DNA of 64,000 nt from positions 1,245,518-1,309,517 of the forward strand of contig JAAOMT010000664.1 in the NCBI GenBank assembly GCA_016748015.1, in the 5' to 3' direction. Positions 50,153 through 63,835 of the stretch are shown here, piece after piece. The DNA is from Geosiphon pyriformis uo1. Lineage: Eukaryota > Fungi > Glomeromycota. The notes beneath the pieces are model-generated. The model had not been told where the DNA came from and ran no database searches. It saw only the letters and a list, made by a program, of their open reading frames with translations. The translations under genes and the position numbers were made by a program. Position 1 is the stretch's first letter. Each line of letters starts with the position of its first letter.

Positions 50153-53063
50153 ATGACAAAAGTAAGGGGCCATTATTTAACTATTACCCCACTAGCAATA
50201 TGGAGCCTCGAACATTTTGAACAATGGTGCAACAATCAAAAAGACCTTGAGGAACGAATGTATTATTGACCACATTAAGGAGTCTCTCTCTTTTAAAGAA
50301 CAAATACGCATCAAAGACTAAAAAAACAAAGGCTACAGAATGCTCGCAGAATTAGAGGTATTGTACATCATTAGTACATTAGGAAAAGTTGGTAATGTTG
50401 TCATCCAAGAAAATTTCTTCGATTGTGGCTTCAGACCACACCAAAGTGATCACTAGTCAGGCGGGTGTTGACCATAGGAAACCTCTCGCCCTTATTGGGA
50501 TAAGATTGAGATTACAGTTAAACGAGGAACCTCTCGCCCTTTTTTGGGATAAGATTGTGATTTCAGTCAAACGAGGAACCTTTTAACCAAAGAACTTCTT
50601 GCCCTCTTTGGGATAAGATTGAGATTTCATTCAAACGAGAAACTTCTCAACCAAGGAACCTCTCGCCCTTTTTGGGATAAGATTGAGATTTTAGTTAAAC
50701 GAGAAATCTCGTCTTTTTTGGGATAAGATTAAGATTTCAGTTAAATGAGGAATCTCTTGCCCTTTTTGGGATAAGATTGAGATTACAGTCAATTGGAGAA
50801 TCTCTCGCCCTTTTTGGGATAAAATTGAGATTTCATTCAAATGAGAAATCTTTCACTTTTTTTGGAATAAGATTGAGATTTCAGTCAACTAAGGAACCTT
50901 TCACTCTTTTTGGGATAAGATTGAAATTTCAATCAAATAAAGTACCTTTTAATTGAGAAATTTCTTATTCTCTTTGGAATAAGATTTAGATTTTAGTTAA
51001 TTAAGAAATTTTTTTTTGGAATAAGATTAAGATTTCAGTCAAACAAGGAATCTTTTGCCTTTTTTGGAATAAGATTGAAATTTCAGTCAATTGAAAAACC
51101 TCTTGTTTTTTTTAGAATAAGATTGAGATTTCAGTTAATTGAGGAATTTTTTGCCTTTTTTGGAATAAGAATAAGATTTCATTTAAACAAAAAATCTCTT
51201 GTTTTTTTTGGGATAAGATTGAGATTTTAGTCAATTAAAAAACTTTTTAACCAAAAAATTTTTTATTCTTTTTGAAATAAGATTGAGATTACAATTAAAC
51301 AAGAAATCTTTTGCTCTTATTGAGATAAAATTAAGATTACAATCAAATGAAGAACTTTTTGTCCTCTTTGGGATAAGATTAAAATTTTAGTCAACCAAAA
51401 AACTTTTTACTTTTTTTGAGATATGATTAAGATTACAATTAAACAAGAAACCTTTCATTTTTTTTAGAATAAGATTAAAATTTCAGTCAAATAAGAAACC
51501 TATCAACTGAAAAATCTTTCACTCTTTTTGGAATAAATTGAAATTTCATTCAATTGAGAAATTTTTTGTCTTTTTTGAGATAAAATTGAGATTTTAGTCA
51601 AATAAGAAATCTCTTAACTGAAAAATTTCTTATTCTCTTGGAATAAGATTGAAATATTAGTCAAATAAGGAATTTTTTAACCAAAGAATCTCTTGTCCTT
51701 TTTGGAATAAAATCTTAATTTTATTCAAATAAGAAATCTCTTATTCTCTTTAGAATAAGATTGAGATTACAGTCAAATAAAGAATTTCTTGCTCTCTTTG
51801 GAATAAAATTGAAATTTTAGTCAACTGAGGAACTTCTTGTCTTTTTTGGGATAAAGTTAAAATTTCATTCAAATGAAGAATCTCTCACCCTTTTTGGGAT
51901 AAAATTGAGATTTCAATCAACTGAGGAATCTCTTGCCCTCTTTGGAATAAGATTGTGAGTACAAAAGTGCTTTGTAGTACTCATTTAGTGCAAAAATCTC
52001 AAATACAGTGCAGACAACAAAGAAATTCACGAACAAATACTTGATATCTATATTCATGTTTTAGTATTTAAGTATTTATATTTTACATTTTTAAATATAA
52101 ATTTTTAATAATAAATTAATATTCTTTTATTGAAAGTCATAAATTTTCCAGTACAATCCTGAGATTTTTCACTCTCCAGAATCCGATCATTCTGAACTAG
52201 ATTTCGTTCTAAAAATGACTGCGACCATTTTCGAAACTATTTTTCGTGATTGCGGTGATCAACTTCTTTTAAAATGGTAATTTAACATTTAATTTATTGT
52301 GTTTTGTAAATTAAACATTTTTCATTTTATTTAGGGGTGAAAGATCTTCAATGGCGTCAAAACTTCAAAGGAAAGAAAATCATGATTTTGAGTAAAGAAA
52401 AAATCTTCCATGATCAAGTAAAAAATCTACGGTATATCTTTCATTTTTATTTTAAAATTATTTATCTTATTTTTTCAAATTGTTTATTTTATTTTTTTAA
52501 AATTCCAGTGTAAGCAAATCAATGTCAGATCGGATGCTCAAGAACCTTCCATTGTCTGACAGTGAGGCCGAAAATCTTTGCATTGTAGGATTACAAGTCT
52601 GTGGTATGTCAACACATTTCACTAAAATTGTAATTTAATAATTTACTTAACCTTTTTTTATGTTATTATACAGGGTTGGAAGGTGAGTGTGTTGGAATCA
52701 CTCTACCTTTTAATGGCCTCTACATCGGATTTGCTTGTGGTTCGCCCTTGGTGTTCCCTCAGTATCTGGGTGACTTGGGAAGTTTAAAAGAAACCTTGGA
52801 AGTTTTCTATGGCTGGAAGGTAGCTGTTTACGTATTTAAAGGGCATCTATTTTATCATTCAATTTTTATTCGATTTAAATATTATTTTATTTTTGTAGGC
52901 TTGGCATCTAGATATTAGCCGAATTCTTGATAGAGCACACAGAAAAGCATTGTCTAATCACTATGAGCAACAACTCGGACGGAATGCTCTTAGCTCACGG
53001 CAACAGTTTGTGCGCAACACATACTTTACACCCACAAAGCAATCGGTTCAAAAACATCAGTAA
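50153..53063 (+). pseudogene. Spliced pseudogene, PD-(D/E)xK REase-like (Crinkler-associated type, inferred)
   Basis: Exons 52152-52276, 52335-52431, 52509-52603, 52674-52819, 52899-53063 give SELDF..IFETIF..LKWGERSS.AS..//DQVKNLR.SKSM..IVGLQVCG..GLY..FP..TYFTPTK. Stop and frameshift at ~52392. Possible broken N-terminal exon YLTITP...WSLEHF at 50153. Confidence 0.55.
50476..51957. repeat. Minisatellite, ~29 units of 48 bp (some 64 bp)
   Basis: Consensus GAGGAACCTCTCGCCCTTTTTGGGATAAGATTGAGATTTCAGTCAAAC. Confidence 0.95.
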
Positions 53064-53242
53064 TAGTAGCATTATATTTGTGATTAACGTGTTTACAAAT
53101 TATTAAACTATTAATAGTACTATTAAAATAATAATAAAATACATACACCGGACTATATTTGTGATTAAAGCGTTTACAAACCCTACTTAAATTATTAAAC
53201 TGTGTCATATAAATACCTCTTTCTGAAACGTTTATTTACAAG

Positions 53243-54754
53243 ATGGGGAAATCATCCAAAGACAAAAGAGATATCTATTATCGATTGGCAAAAGAGAACG
53301 GCTGGCGTGCACGCAGTGCTTTCAAACTATTACAAATCGATGAGGAGTTCAAAGTGTTGGATGGTAAGAACTCTTATAATGATATGTAGGATAATAGCGG
53401 ATAAGTATTTTGGTAAGCTTAAAGATTAAAGAAAATATTGACGGCAGCTGATTCCCCTGATCGATAGGTGTTCAACGTGCAGTTGATTTATGTGCGGCAC
53501 CTGGTAGTTGGTCACAAGTGCTCTCCAAAAGGCTAAAGTAATGAAGAAGCATATAACAGTCAAGAATGTTGAAAAAAAGTATTTTCTTTTCCATCGATAA
53601 AAAACTGATTTCAATGTCAATATCAACATAGTGAAAACCGTGTTAAAGAGGGTGCTCCCAGGCCCAAGATTATAGCAGTCGATTTACAAACAATGGCAAT
53701 TTCAAATTTTCATTTACATTAGCTTGTAATCGTTTGACCTTTATTGGGAATGTAAACTTGAATCTTTTTCTCATAAATAATAAGGCACCATTGGAAGACG
53801 TGATCCAAATCAAAGGCGATATCACTGAACAATCGACCGCTGAACTTATTCTTTCATATTTTGAAGGTGAATCTGCTGATATCGTGGTCTGTGATGGGGC
53901 ACCAGATGGTAGATAATTAAAAATTGCTTTAACAATTAAAAATTTGCATATTGACAAAGCTTCTCCCTTATTGTGATTTGAGTAATTGGTCTTCATGATT
54001 TTGACGAATACATACAAGCACAACTTGTTCTTGCTGCCCTTAATATCACCACGCACATTTTACACCTTGGCGGCACATTTGTAGCAAAAATATTTCGTGG
54101 AAAAGATTCGACTTTAATCTATGCGCAATTGAAGGGCTTTTTTACAAGTGTCACGTGCGCAAAACCTAGAAGTTCAAGAAATTCGAGTATTGGTAATTGT
54201 GGAAACTCATTTTTCGATCATCCCCTGCATTGAAATGACATCTTTTTCAATGTGATTCCGGATATTAGAGGCCTTTGTTGTTTGCCAGAATTATAAGCCG
54301 CCAGAAGGGTACACACCCACGATGGTGAAACCTCTCCTTGATTTTTCTTATGGTTTGTGGAAATTTATTCGATGAAACCATTAAGCTGGCCTTCACTAAC
54401 TTATGTTTTCAGGTCCCGAAAATCAATTTCTTGGTCCAACTCGCTTGATTGTACCTTTCATAGCTTGTGGAGATCCGAGGTAAAGAATTTTTATTAGTGT
54501 TCAAAAGACATGATTCTTGCATTTCTAATTTTTTCTGATACTTTTCAAGTGGATTTGATTCGGATCAAACATATGCCCTCGAGGTAAGTAAAATTTCAAT
54601 GTTGGAAATTCTTTATCTACTTATCATTTACTCATTCTCTGAATTTTACAAAATCTAGAAAGAAAGTCTTAATCCAACTCAGCCACCAATCAGTGCCCCC
54701 TATCGTACGGCTATAACTCTAAAGCAACAAAATTTTTATAACAAAGTTCCATGA
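53243..54754 (+). CDS. TRM7: tRNA (C32/N34) 2'-O-methyltransferase Trm7/FTSJ1, 9 exons
   Basis: [29 protein letters not shown]; [14 protein letters not shown]; VCDGAPD; [11 protein letters not shown]; [16 protein letters not shown]; PFIACGD; QPPISAPY. Confidence 0.95.
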
Positions 54755-55662
54755 TAATGAAATCTTTATGAAAATTTTGCATTATATATTCAGAGACTGA
54801 TACGGAAAATAACCCTATGACACAAATTATCATGTGATCATTTTTTCGAATTCTCCCCAGACTATTTTCTTTCTAACTTGATCCCTACATCCATTACTCG
54901 ATCCTGATTACTATTGCCATTTCCAAACTCTGAATAACAACATTCTTATCTTCTGAAAGAATTAGTGGGATAGGCTTACCTTCTCTAATTAATCGTTATC
55001 AGATGTGGCCAATTACCTCGCAATTCTTCAGCATAAATGTCTAGTACACTGTTATAAAATTAATCAAAGCATTATGTTTCACCAACCAACACATCCGCTA
55101 TATACAATTCATTTTTCAAGATCAGTCTAAATAACGATTTATTATCTGGGAACACCAGAATTATCTCGCCATCGATCGTCCTAACCGGACCCATAATGTT
55201 TTTATCGTCAAAACCATTCTCCTTTTGGTCTGAGAATACATTGATCGCAAATGTGATAGGTTCTTAATAATCGTTTCTTTTTGGTCTTTTGGAGGAGGCT
55301 AGAATATTATAAATCCGACTTATAGCCAACTTGGATAAATTCTCAATCATTATTTGGTGTTTGATGATATGGTTGTTCTACATATTATTACTATAAATGG
55401 GCGTGCTGCGACAAAATCGGACAAAGGGAACATGTAACGTCACTTGGGAACATCAAACTCTTGCTCCATAAGATATTAGATTTTATGTATTGTAGCTTTA
55501 TTTTAAAATTATTATTACTATTATTAACATCATCCTCCCAAAATAGAAACAAAGTGTGGTGATAAAAATTGGTTGGATTCAATGTTTAAAGCCTCAGTTC
55601 AATAATATATAACAATTCAAATAAAGTAAAAGATGATTTTTTAATTTGATTATTTTTTACAT

Positions 55663-56463
55663 TGTTACTCATAGAAATTAGGAATTATAATAATAGGTAA
55701 AATAGCCAATCAGAAATAGGCGTAGTAAAACGGGAAATTGCAGGATTCCAGAATTCCAGGATTCCTCTTGGAGAATTACAGGATTCCAGAATTCCTCTCA
55801 AGAAATTGCAGAATTCTTAGGAATCTCGTATAACACAAATTATGTATATATAGTAAGAGTGTTAGAAGCAAAAAAAAAACAGAATTTGACTTAGATAGAA
55901 CAGTGGCTAGCAATAACTACTTATTTCTATTCTTTTTTTCAAAAGATAGTTTTCTATAACTTGAAATGGAATCACATTAATATCAATAAAATATCCAATT
56001 ATCATCCAATTTATGCTATTATTGCTTGATAGAATCCAATATTTAACCACACTGGAATAATAACTCTTGATTACAGCTATTAACAGAATACTAATTTCTT
56101 ATTTTCTTATTTTATTTTCTTTTATTTTCTTTTGTTTCATTTCTTTATTGTTTATTAATTGATTAAAAAGATTAAGCACTGAGTATTTGATGTCAAAAAT
56201 AACCTGGTAAAAGACCCAGAAACAAGAGTAGAAATTTAAGAATAGCTTATCAGAAAGACATGACTGTTAAAATAAACTGGTCATTATGCTAAAGAAAAAA
56301 ATTCATGAAAAAAACCATCAATTGAATCTTTGTTCATTATACAAAAGACTCAACCAAAATTTTTAGACTTTAAATCTTCAGAAATAACCAATATTTTCAG
56401 CTATTGAGCACCAAATTATGGGTTTTTTATTTGTTCTAACATCTCAAATAATTATTTATAACA
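55663..56463 (+). mobile_element. Solo LTR related to the B LTR
   Basis: TGTTACTC...TATAACA; flanks ACAT/ATAT; blocks shared with the B LTR; no PBS or PPT adjacent. Confidence 0.85.
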
Positions 56464-58633
56464 ATATTTAAAAATTTGTAATTATTAAAAATATATGTTT
56501 ATAAACAATTTAAAAGTTAAATAATAATAATAATACCAGTTTTAATACAGTTAAAAGCTTAAGTTGTTTTGTTGTTATTATGTTTTAGTATTTGAATTTT
56601 TTAAACATAATAAATAACAAATATATTATAATTATATAAATATATTTTTAATAATGCAAATTTAAAAAAATATGTTAATACAAAAATATATTGTTAATCT
56701 TTTTAATTAATTTAACTAAAAATCGGTTTTTATTAAATTAAATAACTTTTTTTTTAATAATAATAATAATTATGTTGAAAAATAAATTCGAAATATTAAC
56801 TTTTTTTTATATATTTTTATAATTATAATTAAAGCAAAAAGTAAAAAAAGTTACAACTTTTTTATTTTCTGAAGTAATTAGTAGTATTTTTATTAATAAA
56901 GTATTTATAATTGTAAAAATTGTTTATTAACATTATAAAAAGATTTTTTTTAAGTAAAATAGTTGTTAATTAATTTTTTATTAATTCAAACCCATTTTTT
57001 TTATTTTTGATTAGAAGTTTTTTGCTGTTGTTTAAATATTTAAAAAAGCCAAAATAGCCAAAAAACAATTTTTTATTTTTTTAATATAATAAATAGCAAT
57101 TTTTTTGAAATGCTAAAAAGTTTTTTTGGTATTTTTAATATTAATTCTTTTATTTCAAAGCCAGTTTTTTTTTTGTAAAAAATAAAAATTTGGTTTTTTC
57201 TATTTTATGGCTTTTTTAATAATTTTAAATTACAATTAAACTTTTATAAAGAAACAAAAACATAATTTTATCAAACATTTATTCAAAATTTATTTTTATA
57301 TAAAAAAAATATTACATATTAAATGTTAATTGATAATTAAAAAAAATTTTAAATATATTAAATTGATTTTATTTTAACTTTTTATTAAATTAATTTATAT
57401 TAAATTTACTTTTTTTGATTTTGTCTGTTTTTATGTATAGCTATTTAGTTTTTATTATATTCTAATTTAAGCTTGCTAAAATCAAATTTAATATTATTAT
57501 TATAGACACATTTTTTAACAAACTTATTAAATTGTTACAATATTAGAATTTTTATTTAAAAAACAAAAATAAATAGCAGTTAATAATACTTTTTATAAAA
57601 AAATTTGTTAATATTCTAAAAATTACTATAATACAAAACATGATAATATTGTAGCTTACTTTTATTATAAATATCCAGAACTTTATATTTTTTGTCAAAT
57701 TATTTCCAAGATAATCAAAATACATATAAAGTAATTGAATATTAAAATTGATAAAATTTTAGAAAAATCTATTTAACACAAAAATATTAAATTTCTATTA
57801 TTATATTAAGCTTTAAATTATTGGGCAAAACAAATAATTGTAATTACTATCGAATTCAATAATTAATTAATTAATTAAAAAAAAAAGAAAAAAAATTTGT
57901 TAAACTTCCTAGTATATATAAAAATAAAATACAATTCTTGAATAAATAAGTTTAAAAATTCAAAAAATAGAACCAATTATGTATTTATTGATTTTATAAC
58001 GAAACAAAAAATATATTAACTAAAAGTTTACCAGAAAAACAAAGAAAATTAAAAACCATTATATCCGAATTTAATTCTGCTAAATATATAATACTAATAA
58101 AACAGGATTATTTTTTCATATAAAACCAAATCAAATACTTGTAAAATGTTAAAATACAGAAAAAAAACTAATATATTATATTTATTAATTATTATTATTA
58201 TTATATATTATTGTTATATTAAATTAATTAGATTTTTTATAAGATAAATCTTAGATTATAATTTTTTTTGCTATAAATTCAACTAGAATTTACAAATTGT
58301 AATTTTTAATTATTAAACATACAAAAAATCTAAGATGCTTTAAAAAAATTAATATTTTTAATCTACTTGTAATTTACAACTTTAATTCTAAAGTATAAAT
58401 ATATTCAAATATATAAAAAATATAGCTTAAATATATAAATAAAAATTTTTAAATTTAAAATTAGCATATATTATTTTTGATTAATAATGTAATTTTTTAT
58501 TATATTCAAATTAGAAAAAATTTATTTTAATTAACCAATATTACTTTGTATTATTTTTTTCCAAATACTATATTATATCTTTAATTAATAGATATTAATT
58601 TTATTAAATCTTTCAAAAACAAATATAAACACT

Positions 58634-59538
58634 TAGAGTTTTAATTAAACCAAATTAAACTAAACTTTGAGTATTGTTTAAATTTGATTTAAATTATAAA
58701 CCAAACTTGAACCAAACCAATTTTTTAAAATAGGTTCAATTTGAATTCAGTATTAAACCTTTTTGACAAGTCTAAGTTTGGTTTAAGTTTGGTTTAAAGT
58801 TTACAAACTTGTTCAAATTTGATGAAATTGAAAAAAATATATAACTTATATTACTTGTTTATTAATTTTTACTTTATTTAATTATTATAATTAGTTAAAG
58901 AGGTATATAAAACTATGTATATATAATAACTCCACTTTCTAACTTATCAAGATAAATTCATTATTGATATTATCCAATATTATCAAAGATTCAAAATTCA
59001 AAATAATGAAATTTAATAATTCAAATAATCCAAATATTAATATATTTAGTAAATATAATTTTAAAGTAAAGTATAAGACTATTTTAATAAATTTAAGTAG
59101 ACAAAAAAAAACAGCTAAATATACAGTCTTAAAATGTATACATAAACTATTTTTTTGCAGAACTATAAATACTACTAAATCTTTATAGTGCTATTTAGAG
59201 ACTTCTTACCAGACAATATATATTATAATAGAAAAATATTATAAAAAAAAACAAAATGTCTAGTGTCTTTGGTTATAGATACAAAAATCATTGAAAAAAT
59301 TTAAATAATAATATAGTATAATATAATATTTTTAATAGTTAAATCTAAATATGTTCATAAATTTTGAATTAAACTTAAATCAGACTTGTTATATGTATTT
59401 GTGTTTAGTTTAAGTTCAATAATTTTAAGTTTGGTTTAAATTTAAGTTTAAAATTTTGCCAAATTTTCTGTTTAAGTTTAGTTTAGTTTGGTAATTTAAT
59501 TGAATTTGAACCAAATTAAACCAAATATCAAAATTTTA
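58634..59538. mobile_element. Degenerate hAT-like non-autonomous DNA transposon
   Basis: Ends TAGAGTTTTA / CAAAATTTTA; 8-bp flanks TAAACACT / TAAGTATT differ only by transitions; AAACCAAA/TTTGGTTT clusters at both ends. Confidence 0.55.
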
Positions 59539-61259
59539 TAAGTATTTATATTGTTAACATATTTTATATTTAATTTAAACAAAAAATTAATATTAAACAG
59601 TTAAATAATATAATATATACAATATTATTATTATATATTATATAATTTTATCTAATATTAATTTATTTTTTAGAAATAAATTAAACATAAAACAAATATT
59701 AATTATGTTATTCAATTATAATTTCAAGTAATATCTGTTATAATTCAAAATTATTGACAAAAAATAAATATTTTTTTATAATTAAAAATTAGAAAGTCAA
59801 TAATTTAAAACATTAATTACTATAGATATATTCAACAATTTATTATTAAATATACAATATTTGATCAAAAATTTTAAAAATTATATTATAGTAGTTAATA
59901 AATTATTAACAACTAAAAATATTTTTAATAATAATAAAATTATAAATATAATTTTAGCCAATGCTTAAATTAAAACCAATACAATTAATGATTTAAAAAA
60001 AAATCAAAAAAATTTTTATTTATTATAATTATATTTACAAAAATATATAAAGCATTAAAAAAACAATTAAATTTAAAAAACAATTAATAATAGAAAATTT
60101 TAGTATAAAAAACCAAAATTTACTTAGAAAAAAATTATATAAATATAAAAAATTAAAAAAAATTAAAAAAACAGATAATAATTAATCAATATTTTAATAA
60201 TAATAATTGATTAATTTAATAAATAAATATAGTTTATTTGATAATAATTATAAAACTCTATAATAAAAAATGTTTAAAATAGAATATAGTTTACATGTTT
60301 TAATTATGTTTTTTTATAAAAATTTAACTATATTTGTATTTATTATATATTTAGCTTTATTATAATTAGAAATAAGAAAAATTTTTATTTCTAATCATAT
60401 TATTTATTATATTAATTTTCAGTTAATTTTTATTGATTATAAAAACAAAACAAATTAAATCTTTATATATGTTTTTATTCAATAAATTATTAAGTTATTT
60501 GATTTTAAAAGTTAAATTAATTAGATAAAAACTGAATTTATTTATTTTTGTTTTCTAATAATATTGTTTTTAATAATACTTAAAAAACAATTATTAATTA
60601 TTAAAGTTTTTTGAATAAATAATCTTTATTTTGATATTTAATATCTTTTTTAAGATTAAATTAATTTGCATTAAAGTTGTTTTTTAACTAATACATAATT
60701 TATTAATGTAAAAATTATATTTAAAAACAATATAAATTTTGTTTTTTAAGTTTCTTTGAATATAGTTTTTTAAATTAAATTTGTTAATTTTATTTGTTTT
60801 TTTATTTTTAAAATTGTTAAATCTTTAGTGATTTTTAAATTTGTTTTTTTTTATTGTTATTGCTTTGCAATATATATTTAAAAGTATTATTATTATTAAT
60901 ATTTTGATAAAATTTTTTAAGTTATATTAAAGTTTATTAATATTTAATAATATATTATTATTTATTTTAAGTTTTTTAATATAGATAAAATTATTTTTAA
61001 TTATTAATTTGTTTTAATAATAAAAAACATAATTAAAAAATATTACTTTTTTTTTTAGTATATCTATAATTTTTAAAAAGTAAAATTTTAAAAAAAGTTT
61101 TTTTTGTTTTTATTTTATATTTTACTATTTAATTAAATATTTTACAATCTTTTTTGTTTGAATACAAAGCTATTAATATTAATAATAATTTAAGTATAAA
61201 AAAACCAAAAAAAAAATTTAGTATTAACTTGACTATAATAAACTTAATTATTAAAAAAA

Positions 61260-61860
61260 AATGCAAAGACAGAATTTCAAAAGAATTAATTATTAATATT
61301 AGTATTAGTGCTTTTTAAAATATCTTTTTAGAAAGTAATATAACTGGTTTAAATGCTAAAAACACTATAAAATTAGAGAACATAAACATAAAAAAAAAAT
61401 TTTTGGTAGAAAAAACTAGTTTTTAGTTTGAAAATAAAGATAAAATAGAGTTAAAAAATATTAATTTTATGGTTATTAATAAAAATTCAATTCAAAAAAA
61501 ATTAAAAATAGTCAAAATTTTTTTCTTTAATGTAAATAGTTTTGAAAAAACTTCTATCTTTTCAAAATTTAATAAAATAATTTATATATTTTATATTTTT
61601 GAAAAATAATAATAAATACAATAGAATTGGCAAATAATAAAGATATTATAATAAATATTAATTTTAAAAAACTGGTAAACAACTATAAAAATAAGACAGT
61701 AATTATTAAAAAAAATTTTGTAAAAATATTAACAAAGATTATATAAACTATGTTAATTAATTTTAATATTATTAAATCAATTAAAATACAAATAGTAAAA
61801 CTATGACAAAAAACTATAGAAAAATTTGATAATTAAAATTAAATCAATTTTTTAATATTT
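61260..61860 (+). mobile_element. Very eroded LINE ORF1 fragment
   Basis: FLVEKTSF and NSFEKTSIFSKF-like text parallel to 38090-38400. Confidence 0.5.
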
Positions 61861-61865
61861 TAATA

Positions 61866-62490
61866 ATTTTTTTTAATAAAGTTATTTATTGAGTAAAATC
61901 CAACCACTATTTAGTATATAGAACCAGATTAAGTAATTCAAACTAAATATAACTCATGCACTTACTACATGTGACTAGTCACTCAGGCCAGACAAAACAA
62001 TACTACATACTTATACTAACACTTATATTACAATTTAAATCAAAAAAAAAAGACACAGCCTATGATGACCAAAATTAACAGCAAAAAACCCAATAATGCC
62101 AAATATTCTGACCACACTATTTGACAGCATCAATACCAAATTATATAACAAACCTGATACCATATTGCCATTTCCAACCAAGCCAGTCTTTTCTATATTA
62201 ATCTTAAACTTAGACCTTATTAGCCAGATCCTAGAACAATGCAACTCTACCAAATATCTCACAAAATCAACAACAATAAAGATAGTTTTCTTCTTATTAT
62301 CAAAGATCTTAATAGTCTCTGTATATCAATTATTTAGCACAAACCTCTTGCACACAACTACATAAGTCCTAGCATCTGATGAACAACAAAAAAACATCTG
62401 TAAAACAGCAGAAAAAGACAAATCACAAGCACCTATTGAAGCAATTTATTGTATAAAAGCCTCAGCCAAAATCTCTTTTCAAACATGATT
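61866..62490 (-). mobile_element. 3' end of a second LINE copy
   Basis: Reverse complement aligns by eye with ~43590-44195, including 3' UTR and A-tail. Confidence 0.85.
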
Positions 62491-62499
62491 TTATGTATT

Positions 62500-63835
62500 G
62501 TTAAATGTTTTGGTGTATTTGTAACCAAAAATAATGTTCAAGTATTCTTTGAATTGTATTTTTTTTTCCTAAATATACTAATAAAAAATTTGTGTGTATA
62601 TTATATAAGATGATTTTTTTTTTGTTTTGTTGAACTAATCTAAGTGGATTTGTTAGATTTTAGCAATTTTAGTAATAAATTTTGTTGTAATAGACAAAAT
62701 ATTGTTTTAATTGGTTTTGCAATTAATGTTTTTTAGTTAAAGACTAATTTTTTGGCATGTTAAAAGTCTCTAAATAGTTTTTAATATTGTTATAAGTTTC
62801 AGAATTCATTGTTTTATTACTAATTTATTTGTTGAATTGGTTAGATGTTGGTATAAGTTTTAATTTTGTCTTATTTTGAAAAAATTATTAATATTTATGT
62901 ATAATTTTTTTGGTTTGTAATAAACAATATATTTGTAATTAGTTAAGAAATCAGTCCATTAAGATTGTTTTGCATTAAGTTCAAAACTCTTTTTATTAAG
63001 CTATTTAAGACCAATATTATCAATAATAATATCAAATTAAGATCTATTTTAATGATATTATTAAAAATGTTTAAGAACCCAAATAATAGTTGCTGTTTTT
63101 AATTCAGTTGGATTATATTTGAATTTTGTTGACTTGAATGTTTTACTAATATATGTAATTATTTATTTATTGTTATTGTTATCTAATTATGATAAGATAA
63201 TACCAAAGCTATATATATTAGTAATTAATTGAACTTTTATTGAAATTTAAATTAATAAAAATTGGAGCTATAATGAATTTTTATTTAAAAATATTAAATG
63301 TTTATTGTTGAGTTTATGTCTATTGATATTTTACATTCTTGTTAGTTATATAATTGAATAATTTGACAATTTCAGAAAATTTTTTAATAAATTTTTAATA
63401 ATAAGAGATTAATTTTATAAATTCTCTTAGTTTTGTAATATTATAAGAAATTTAAAAGTTTTTAACAATACTAATTGTTCTTGAATTGGGTTGAACTTTA
63501 TTTTTGTTTATAATATATCCAAAAAAAATTAAGCTTATTTTTTCAAAGTAATATTTTTCAATGTTTAATTTTAATTTTGCTTTTTGTAATTATTGAAAAC
63601 TTTTTGCAAATAGATTAAATGAGCTTTAAAACTTGAAGAATACACATTAATTTTATTGATATAAACAACTATTGATTGCCATAAAAGTTTTTTGTAAACA
63701 ATATCTATAAGTTTTTAAAATATTGCTAGTGTATTACAAAGTCCAAAAAACATTATATTGAATTTATAATTCTTTTTTTGTATGGTAAATACTGTTTTGA
63801 GATAGTTTTTAGGATCTATTTCAACTTGTTAGTAT
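62500..63835 (-). mobile_element. Eroded Gypsy RT/RNase H/IN fragments (A-like)
   Basis: DPKNYLKTVFT..YKFNIMFFGLCN..LLWQSIVVY at ~63630-63820. Confidence 0.7.

Noticed and set aside
50476-51957. CRISPR array or coding repeat
   Set aside because: No unique spacers or cas genes, and the context is eukaryotic. The consensus is open on both strands, but 16-bp inserts and stops break any frame.
53074-53200. Short direct repeat TATATTTGTGATTAA..GTTTACAAA upstream of TRM7
   Set aside because: Two copies only; no evidence of function.
56700-57200. Second MITE (AAAAGCC/GGCTTTT-like motifs)
   Set aside because: No termini or TSD could be defined in near-pure AT sequence.
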